Shown here: positions 1 to 7,077 of the stretch, piece by piece
How positions within the stretch are numbered: the stretch's first letter is position 1
Layout of the letters: each line of letters opens with the position of its first letter
NCBI RefSeq assembly: GCF_030692605.1
Contig: NZ_JAUYUD010000093.1
Coordinates: 34 to 64,033 of the forward strand
Direction of reading: 5' to 3'
Length of the DNA: 64,000 nucleotides
Source of the DNA: Lutibacter sp.
Lineage (GTDB): Bacteria; Bacteroidota; Bacteroidia; Flavobacteriales; Flavobacteriaceae
Position numbers and translations under genes: made by a program
The notes under the pieces: generated by a model
What the model saw: the letters and a program-made list of their open reading frames with translations, nothing else
Told to the model about the DNA's origin: nothing
Databases searched by the model: none

Positions 1-120
1 CTCAATCTCTTCATTTTTAAGTGTTATATATCTCATAATGAGATAAATATACGAAAATTATTATATATACGCAATAAAATACGACATTATTTTATTCTTA
101 TTACTTAAATACAGCTTGTC

Positions 121-1356
121 CTATTCAATTTTAATTGCTTTAACTGGGCTTATTTTACTTATTACAATGGAAGGAATTAGGAGCATTGCCATACATAAAA
201 GCAAGGTTCCAAAATTAAGCAATAGAATGTACCAAAAATTTATATAGACAGGTACTGTTTTTACATAATAAGTATCAGGATTTAAAGTGATTAACCCAAA
301 ATAATGCTGCGTAATAAGAATGGTTAATCCAATTAAATTACCCCAAAACAATCCTCTTAAAATTAAATATGAAGCATTATACAAAAATATTTTTCTAATA
401 CTGGTTGTGGTACTTCCTAACGATTTTAAAATACCAATCATTTGTGCACGTTCCAAAATAAGCACCAACAAAGCTGTGATCATATTAATACCTGCTACCA
501 AAATCATAATGGCTATTATTAAATAAATATTGTTATCAAAAAGGCTAATCCATTCAAAAATTGCAGGGTATTTATCCACCACGCTCTGACTATTTAGCGT
601 AGAAGTTGTTTGATTATAAATTTCCTTGTTTTTTGTTTCTATATCGTCAAAATTGTTAATAATAACCTCAAAACCACCTACCTCGTTTTCCTCCCATTTA
701 TTCATTTTTTGAATATGTTGTATATCGGCCAATACATAATTTTCATCAAAATCTTTAAAACCAGAGTTGTAAATTCCTACCGCTTTAACCACTCTTAGCC
801 AAGGAGCTTTACTAGTGTCTTCTTTTACAAAGAGAATATTAAACTCATCACCAACATTTATTTTTAATCGATTCGATATTTCTTGCGATATTAAAACTTC
901 AAAAGAAATTTCACTTCCTAACTTTGGTAATCTACCTTGTATTAAATAATCCTGAAAAAAACTCCAATTATATTCAGCATCAACTCCTTTAAAAATGATG
1001 CCTTCAAAATCTGTTTCAGTTCTTATAATTCCTGCTTTTGTAGCGAAAACTTGAACATTATTTATCTCACCAACATTTTCAAATTTTGGATAAAATTCTT
1101 GATCTTTTGAAACAGGAGTTAAGGTAATACTAGAATTGTTATTGTCAAAATTGGTAATTTGAATATGACCATTAAAGCCAGCCAACTTTTCTCTGATCTT
1201 TTGTTGAAGACCTATTCCAGTGGCAATGGCGACCATCATTATTACCATACCCAGTGAAATTGCAATAATTGCAATTTTTATTATTGGAGATGATATGCTA
1301 CTTTTATACTTTTTTGCAGCAATAATGCGTTTTGCAATAAATAACTCGTAATTCAC
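121..1356 (-). CDS. FtsX-like ABC transporter permease (LolC/LolE lipoprotein-release type)
   Basis: 411-aa ORF with an N-terminal TM helix, a large extracytoplasmic domain and a C-terminal cluster of TM helices, as in FtsX/MacB-type permeases. A LolD-like ATPase is at 48255-48917. Confidence 0.8.
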   Translation of the reverse strand: MNYELFIAKRIIAAKKYKSSISSPIIKIAIIAISLGMVIMMVAIATGIGLQQKIREKLAGFNGHIQITNFDNNNSSITLTPVSKDQEFYPKFENVGEINNVQVFATKAGIIRTETDFEGIIFKGVDAEYNWSFFQDYLIQGRLPKLGSEISFEVLISQEISNRLKINVGDEFNILFVKEDTSKAPWLRVVKAVGIYNSGFKDFDENYVLADIQHIQKMNKWEENEVGGFEVIINNFDDIETKNKEIYNQTTSTLNSQSVVDKYPAIFEWISLFDNNIYLIIAIMILVAGINMITALLVLILERAQMIGILKSLGSTTTSIRKIFLYNASYLILRGLFWGNLIGLTILITQHYFGLITLNPDTYYVKTVPVYINFWYILLLNFGTLLLCMAMLLIPSIVISKISPVKAIKIE

Positions 1357-1362
1357 TCAAAA

Positions 1363-2610
1363 ATGATTTATAACAGGTTCAAAAATACATATTTCTTATT
1401 GTTTATCGCATTGTTTTTTAGTTTGTTTTCGTGTAAAACAGGAATCAAAGCATCCGAAAAAAATGAGAGTTCAATATTAGTAAAAGATTCAGCAATAATA
1501 ACTGGAGCTAATCAAGTTGAGTTATATAAATCATTTTTAACAAAGAAAAAAATTGCCTTAGTTGCCAATCAAACTAGTGTAATATTTAAGGTTGAACGTG
1601 GAAAATCTAGCGAAAAATTAACGTATACCCATTTGATAGATAGTTTGTTAAGTTTACATTTTAACATTCTAAAAGTTTTTTCTCCAGAACATGGTTTTAG
1701 GGGCGAAGCGGATGCAAGCGAAATAGTAGCGGATGGTAAAGATCTTAAAACTGGTTTGCCAATTATCTCATTGTATGGAAACAATAAAAAGCCTACCAAT
1801 GAACAATTAAAAGATATAGAGTTGGTTATTTTTGATATTCAAGATGTTGGCGTGCGCTTTTATACCTATATATCTACACTTCATTACGTTATGGAAGCTT
1901 GTGCTGAAAATAATATACCTCTTATTGTTTTAGACAGACCAAATCCAAATGGACATTATATAGACGGACCAACATTAGATATTACCCATAAAAGTTTTGT
2001 TGGAATGCATCCTGTTCCGTTAGTTTATGGTATGACTATTGGGGAATATGCACAACTAATTAATGGTGAAAAATGGTTAAAAAATGAAGTTAATTGCAAT
2101 TTAACAATTATACCTTTAAAAAATTACACCCATAACAGTAGCTATAATTTACCAATTAGACCTTCACCAAATTTACCAAATGACAGGGCTATAAATTTAT
2201 ATCCTAGTTTAGGTTTTTTTGAAGGAACTCCAATAAATGCAGGCCGAGGAACGGCACATCAATTTCAACAATATGGTGCTCCCTTCTTTCCGCAATCTGA
2301 TTTCACTTATACCCCACAACCAAATTTTGGTTCTAAAAATCCGAAACATAGTGGTAAACTTTGCAATGGTGTCAATTTAAATAACGTTGAAAAACTTCGA
2401 AAAGTTAATATTGAATATATAGTTGATGCGTATCAAAAAACTCCAAAAAACGTACCATTTTTTGGTCCAACTTTTACAGTTCATGCAGGAAGCACGGAAT
2501 TAGAAATGCAGATAAAAAATGGACTAACTGCTCAAGAAATACAAAAATCCTGGCAACCAAAAATTGAAGAATTTAAAAAAATTAGAGCAAAGTATTTGCT
2601 GTATGAGTAG
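1363..2610 (+). CDS. DUF1343 family lipoprotein (NamZ-like exo-beta-N-acetylmuramidase family)
   Basis: 415-aa ORF with a lipoprotein signal (LFSC). Contains the conserved DUF1343 core FDIQDVGVRFYTYISTLHYVMEACAENNIPLIVLDRPNPNG. Confidence 0.75.
   Translation: MIYNRFKNTYFLLFIALFFSLFSCKTGIKASEKNESSILVKDSAIITGANQVELYKSFLTKKKIALVANQTSVIFKVERGKSSEKLTYTHLIDSLLSLHFNILKVFSPEHGFRGEADASEIVADGKDLKTGLPIISLYGNNKKPTNEQLKDIELVIFDIQDVGVRFYTYISTLHYVMEACAENNIPLIVLDRPNPNGHYIDGPTLDITHKSFVGMHPVPLVYGMTIGEYAQLINGEKWLKNEVNCNLTIIPLKNYTHNSSYNLPIRPSPNLPNDRAINLYPSLGFFEGTPINAGRGTAHQFQQYGAPFFPQSDFTYTPQPNFGSKNPKHSGKLCNGVNLNNVEKLRKVNIEYIVDAYQKTPKNVPFFGPTFTVHAGSTELEMQIKNGLTAQEIQKSWQPKIEEFKKIRAKYLLYE
2521..2610 (+). repeat. 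Direct repeat copy A: the last 30 codons of the DUF1343 gene, repeated at 10788-10877
   Basis: Hand alignment with 10788-10877 gives about 90% identity over 90 nt with no indels. Both copies end in a stop codon in the same frame. Confidence 0.85.
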
Positions 2611-2640
2611 TTTATGGATATGCTTTACTTTTTAATTTAT

Positions 2641-2963
2641 TTATATTAACGTGAGTTCGATATAAGTTAGAACAATACTATATGAATATCAGTTATTTAT
2701 GTTATTTTAAAGGAGGTACGACTGTGGCAATCTGTTTATGGATAGTCAGATTGCTACATTTTACTTAAAAAAAGTAAAATTCAAAATGATGACAAGGTCA
2801 TGAGTTTGTTTTTCAATGGTTCTTTTGTCATGCCGAGAAGTCGAGGCATCACACAGTTGATAAACGTAATGTGATTCCTCCTTTGGTCGGAATGACACTA
2901 ATTTTTAACTCCTAATTATTAGTGGTGTGCGATTATTGTTATATCGAAATCACGTTATATTAG
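2641..2963. repeat. MITE-like unit bounded by short inverted repeats; it encloses copy L of the 110-bp element
   Basis: aacgtgagttcgatataa (2648-2665) is the reverse complement of ttatatcgaaatcacgtt (2939-2956) with 1 mismatch in 18. Internal hairpins are gcaatctg/cagattgc (2727-2754) and attttactt/aagtaaaat (about 2757-2779). Confidence 0.5.
2788..2897. repeat. ~110-bp modular repeat element, copy L (reverse complement of 6349-6460)
   Basis: gatgacaaggtcatgagtttgtttttcaatggttcttttgtcatgccgagaagtcgaggcatcacacagttgataaacgtaatgtgattcctcctttggtcggaatgaca aligns with the reverse complement of 6349-6460. There are about 12 differences over about 112 nt. Confidence 0.85.
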
Positions 2964-3062
2964 TTAAAATCATTCTAAATAGCACTTTAAAAACTAAAAT
3001 TATACTCACTTAATTTTTGATTTTTTTTTATTTTAATTATTTTTAGTTAAAATTAAAAAGCT

Positions 3063-3947
3063 ATGATAAAACGCACACTATTTTTTAGTAATAAAGCAAC
3101 TATAAACACTAAAAATGAACAACTTGTAATAAAAACTAGTAATAGAGAAGTAACTGTACCTATAGAAGATATAGGATTTATAGTACTAGAACATCATGAA
3201 ATTTATATTACCATACCAAGTTTAATTAAACTTTCCGAAAATAACGTTGCGGTAATATTTTGTAATCAAAAGCATATGCCAACAAGTATGCTATTAAATT
3301 TAGATAATCACCATATTCAGCAAGAAATTTTTAAATACCAAATTAATGCAACTGAACCACTTAAAAAACAACTTTGGCAACAAACTATTAAAACTAAAAT
3401 AAAGCACCAAGCACAACATTTACAGTTATTAAATAAACCATTTGAGGTTTTAAATTATTACGAATCAAAAGTTTTAAGTGGAGATACCACCAATATGGAA
3501 GCAGCCGCTGCTGCGCATTATTGGAAACATTTATTTGATTATGATTTTAAAAGAGACCGTTATGGTGTTTACCCAAATTTATTTTTAAATTATGGATATA
3601 TTATTTTAAGAGCCGCAGTTGCCAGAGCATTAGCAGGTAGCGGATTATTAAGTACGTTAGGGATTCATCATCATAATAAATACAATGCATTTTGTTTGGC
3701 TGATGATATTATGGAACCTTTTAGACCATTAGTTGATCTAAAAGTTATTGAGATTATGAATAATTTTGAAGAACAAGAGCTTACAACTGACATTAAAGCT
3801 GAACTTTTAAAGGTGCTTACTGAAACTGTCTATTTTGAAAATGCTAAAAGCACATTAATGGTTGCTTTATCTAAAACTACAAGTTCTCTCCAACAGTGTT
3901 ATACTGGTAATATTAAAAAAATTATTTATCCAGATTTATGGAACTAA
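3063..3947 (+). CDS. cas1: CRISPR-associated endonuclease Cas1 (type II)
   Basis: 294-aa ORF with Cas1 C-terminal catalytic region NYGYIILRAAVARAL...LGIHHHNKYNAFCLADDIMEPFRP. It overlaps cas2 by 10 nt and lies next to the CRISPR array. Confidence 0.93.
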   Translation: MIKRTLFFSNKATINTKNEQLVIKTSNREVTVPIEDIGFIVLEHHEIYITIPSLIKLSENNVAVIFCNQKHMPTSMLLNLDNHHIQQEIFKYQINATEPLKKQLWQQTIKTKIKHQAQHLQLLNKPFEVLNYYESKVLSGDTTNMEAAAAAHYWKHLFDYDFKRDRYGVYPNLFLNYGYIILRAAVARALAGSGLLSTLGIHHHNKYNAFCLADDIMEPFRPLVDLKVIEIMNNFEEQELTTDIKAELLKVLTETVYFENAKSTLMVALSKTTSSLQQCYTGNIKKIIYPDLWN

Positions 3948-4267
3948 ATGGTTATAGAATTATGTGGTTATTTGTATTTTTTGATTTACCTACTGACACC
4001 AAAAAAGACAGGAAAAATGCACAGCATTTTAGAAAAAATCTATTAAAAGATGGATTTACAATGATGCAATTTTCTGTATATGTTCGGCATTGCGCAAGTG
4101 GGGAAAGCGCTGATGTTCATGAAAAAAGAATTAATAAATTACTTCCTCCATTAGGTAAGGTAAGTATCTTAAGAATAACTGATAAACAATTTGGAAACAT
4201 TTTAAATTTTTGGGGAAAATTTGAAGTGCCAAAAGAACCACCTCCCCAACAACTTGAGCTTTTTTGA
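3938..4267 (+). CDS. cas2: CRISPR-associated endoribonuclease Cas2
   Basis: 109-aa ORF with N-terminal YRIMWLFVFFDLPTDTKKDRK, typical of type II Cas2. It is translationally overlapped with cas1. Confidence 0.9.
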   Translation: MELNGYRIMWLFVFFDLPTDTKKDRKNAQHFRKNLLKDGFTMMQFSVYVRHCASGESADVHEKRINKLLPPLGKVSILRITDKQFGNILNFWGKFEVPKEPPPQQLELF

Positions 4268-4273
4268 ACAAAT

Positions 4274-4639
4274 AAAATGCCCCAATCTTGCACTTTCCAT
4301 ACAAAAAAGGAGCATTTTTATTTACGATATTTTACTTTAAAATCTTGATTATTAGAAGGCAACGAGCCAACTAATATCGTTTTCTCTAATCTTTAATCAA
4401 ATCGAAAAATATAAAATGATGAATAAAAACCCAAAAAAGGTCTGTTTTTTCGATTCACAAACACACCCTAAAAAATAAAATGAAGTGTTTGTAAACCACA
4501 TTACAATTTAAAAAATGCCCCAATCTTGCACTTTACATACAAAAAAGGAGCATTTTTATTTACGATATTTTACTTTAAAATCTTGATTATTAGAAGGCAA
4601 CGAGCCAACTAATATCGTTTTCTCTAATCTTTAATCAAA
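4274..4639. repeat. 238-bp-period tandem duplication of the cas2-proximal array flank plus the first 29 nt of a CRISPR repeat
   Basis: 4274-4401 equals 4512-4639 (128 nt, one mismatch at 4297 versus 4535, no indels). Copy 1 ends in a truncated repeat aatatcgttttctctaatctttaatcaaa (4373-4401). Copy 2 continues into the intact first repeat at 4611. Confidence 0.9.
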
Positions 4640-6293
4640 CCACAACATTTTAAATCTTACTAAAAAATTATGAATAAATATCGTTTTCTCTAATCTTTAA
4701 TCAAACCACAACGAAGTTACTGAAAAGACCGCACCTGCATAAAATATCGTTTTCTCTAATCTTTAATCAAACCACAACAGAAAACATTTTGTTGAATAAA
4801 TTAATATCAATATCGTTTTCTCTAATCTTTAATCAAACCACAACAACATTTGCGATGCGACACAATATGATATTAATATCGTTTTCTCTAATCTTTAATC
4901 AAACCACAACACATTGTTCACAATGGCAAACTCTAACTTTAATATCGTTTTCTCTAATCTTTAATCAAACCACAACAGGTGACACCGTAGTGGCAGGAAC
5001 TGTTTTAATATCGTTTTCTCTAATCTTTAATCAAACCACAACCTGCTACAATTTTATATAACGCTTCTCTTTAATATCGTTTTCTCTAATCTTTAATCAA
5101 ACCACAACACCCTGCCATTAAAGCTATAAATGTAAAAAAATATCGTTTTCTCTAATCTTTAATCAAACCACAACATCTTTACAAGTCCAAAACGCCTTTT
5201 CTTAATATCGTTTTCTCTAATCTTTAATCAAACCACAACAGCAAACATTTTGTTGAATAAATTAATATCAATATCGTTTTCTCTAATCTTTAATCAAACC
5301 ACAACACTAAAACCATCGGCCAAAGATGATAATGAAATATCGTTTTCTCTAATCTTTAATCAAACCACAACATACCAACCGTGCATCAAAACCATTATAA
5401 AAATATCGTTTTCTCTAATCTTTAATCAAACCACAACCAGGCGGTGCCTTTGTTACAGTTACAAAAAAATATCGTTTTCTCTAATCTTTAATCAAACCAC
5501 AACTTTAGTTTCCGAATTAAACCAACTTTCTTTAATATCGTTTTCTCTAATCTTTAATCAAACCACAACAACCACCGCAAAACTGTTTGTGAAAGGAAAA
5601 ATATCGTTTTCTCTAATCTTTAATCAAACCACAACAGCATCGGTATAATTAGCAACAAATACCAAAATATCGTTTTCTCTAATCTTTAATCAAACCACAA
5701 CACAAAGAAATTAAAGCTTTATTAGAATCACAATATCGTTTTCTCTAATCTTTAATCAAACCACAACTGCAAAGTCAAGTTATTACTGCAACAACAAAAT
5801 ATCGTTTTCTCTAATCTTTAATCAAACCACAACAAAGATGGCTTATTAGATTTACCTTTTTCAATATCGTTTTCTCTAATCTTTAATCAAACCACAACGA
5901 GCGCGCCATTAACAGGTGAGAAAATAAGAATATCGTTTTCTCTAATCTTTAATCAAACCACAACAAAGACGAAGAAATTTATAAGGAAGCGAAAAATATC
6001 GTTTTCTCTAATCTTTAATCAAACCACAACATCGTGGTATCTACTTCTTGTTCTACTATCAATATCGTTTTCTCTAATCTTTAATCAAACCACAACGGCT
6101 GATTGAACTGCCATAAGAACAATTTTAATATCGTTTTCTCTAATCTTTAATCAAACCACAACGCAATAATGCTTGTTGTACACTTACACTTTAATATCGT
6201 TTTCTCTAATCTTTAATCAAACCACAACCGGTCTCCATACGGTGCAGGATGTTGACTAATATCGTTTTCTCTAATCTTTAATCAAACCACAAC
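4611..6293 (-). CRISPR. Type II-C CRISPR array: 26 repeats of 36 nt and 25 spacers of 29-30 nt
   Basis: All 26 repeats are identical. The plus-strand form is AATATCGTTTTCTCTAATCTTTAATCAAACCACAAC; the crRNA sense, on the minus strand, is GTTGTGGTTTGATTAAAGATTAGAGAAAACGATATT. Repeat starts: 4611, 4677, 4743, 4809, 4875, 4941, 5007, 5073, 5139, 5204, 5270, 5336, 5402, 5468, 5534, 5600, 5666, 5732, 5798, 5863, 5929, 5995, 6061, 6127, 6193, 6258. Strand was assigned from complementarity to the tracrRNA anti-repeat. Confidence 0.97.
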
Positions 6294-6344
6294 AAAACCT
6301 CGCTTCGCTCGGTTTTGTTGTGGTTTGGCTGTTTAAGATTATTC
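6284..6344. repeat. Palindrome made of the terminal repeat and an inverted degenerate repeat copy
   Basis: aaaccacaacaaaacc (6284-6299) pairs perfectly with ggttttgttgtggttt (6311-6326) around the loop tcgcttcgctc. gttgtggtttggctgtttaagatt (6317-6340) is a degenerate crRNA-sense repeat lying on the opposite strand to the array. Confidence 0.85.
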
Positions 6345-6348
6345 TTTT

Positions 6349-6460
6349 TGTCATTCCGACCAAAGGAGGAATCTCATTACGTTTAGCAACTTTGTGATAC
6401 CTCGCCCACTCGGCATTGACAAAAGAACCATTGAAAAAACAAACCCTTACCTTGTCATTC
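6349..6460. repeat. ~110-bp modular repeat element, copy R (inverted relative to 2788-2897)
   Basis: tgtcattccgaccaaaggaggaatctcattacg...ccttgtcattc is the reverse complement of copy L at roughly 89-90% identity. Degenerate related modules are at 6453-6480 (plus strand) and 6527-6559 (minus strand). Confidence 0.85.
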
Positions 6461-6572
6461 CTAAAAAATGAATCGCATTACTATATAAATTGTTATTCCA
6501 ATTATATTAGTTATACGTTTTAATGATTATGAGATTTCTCTCTATCGTTCGAAATGACAAATGCCTGTTTGC

Positions 6573-7074
6573 TTGTCATTCCGACAAAGGAGGAATCGCA
6601 TTACAGCTATTGCTTATGTGATGCCTCGTTTCCCTCGATATGATAAATTATATATTTCCAATATTTCAAAGAACGCAAAGCAAACAACTATTTATTATTC
6701 AATCGCTTGCCCAAAAATGTGATTCAAAGATCTAAAAGTTGGATTAAATGTTCGTATTAAATCCAATTTCTTTTCTCTGCGCCATCCTTTTAGCTCCTTT
6801 TCACGAGCAATAGCCTGTTGCACCCAACCATATTTTTGGTAATATACCAAATGTTTCAAATTGTATTTAGCAGCAAAAGTCTTTTTCCCATGAGCTATAT
6901 TCTCTTTATGCTCAATTAAACGTCTTCCCAAATTATTAGTCATCCCAATATAAAAAGTTGTGCGATAATTGTTTGTAATTATGTACACATAAAATGAATA
7001 TATTCCTTCTGAAAATTCTATCATTCTTTATTAATTTTCAATCTTTTGCGATTCCTCCTTTGTCGGAATGACAA
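6573..7074 (-). mobile_element. GIY-YIG gene cassette framed by perfect 28-bp inverted repeats (candidate selfish or mobile unit)
   Basis: ttgtcattccgacaaaggaggaatcgca (6573-6600) is the exact reverse complement of tgcgattcctcctttgtcggaatgacaa (7047-7074). The 502-bp unit holds a single ORF (6695-7024) and ends 3 nt from the cas9 stop codon. Confidence 0.6.
6695..7024 (-). CDS. Stand-alone GIY-YIG nuclease family protein (YhbQ/COG2827-like)
   Basis: 109-aa ORF with motifs FYVYIITN (GIY), FYIGMTNNLGRRLIEH (YIG plus Arg) and AREKELKGW (catalytic Glu region). No extra DNA-binding domain is present. Confidence 0.85.
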   Translation of the reverse strand: MIEFSEGIYSFYVYIITNNYRTTFYIGMTNNLGRRLIEHKENIAHGKKTFAAKYNLKHLVYYQKYGWVQQAIAREKELKGWRREKKLDLIRTFNPTFRSLNHIFGQAIE

Positions 7075-7077
7075 ACA

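Noticed and set aside
1-36. Possible 5' end of a minus-strand gene (ATG at 36-34, MRYITLKNEEIE...) running off the window
   Set aside because: Only 12 codons are visible, which is too little to call.
4274-4325. Hairpin aaaatgcccc...ggagcatttt after cas2, considered as its terminator
   Set aside because: The stem has a mismatch and the loop is 26 nt, so this is not a convincing intrinsic terminator. It is reported only as part of the duplicated flank.
4789-5648. ORF-track proteins of 90 aa (4789-5061) and 132 aa (5250-5648) with the recurring peptide ISFSLIFNQTTT
   Set aside because: They are read-through translations of the CRISPR repeats, so the periodic peptide is the repeat itself. They are not genes.
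4611-6293. Repeat-internal promoters, as described for some type II-C arrays
   Set aside because: In crRNA sense the repeat contains TTTG but no TAnnTTTG -7 box in a fixed position. I could not support internal promoters from sequence alone, and I found no clear leader promoter in 6294-6700 either.
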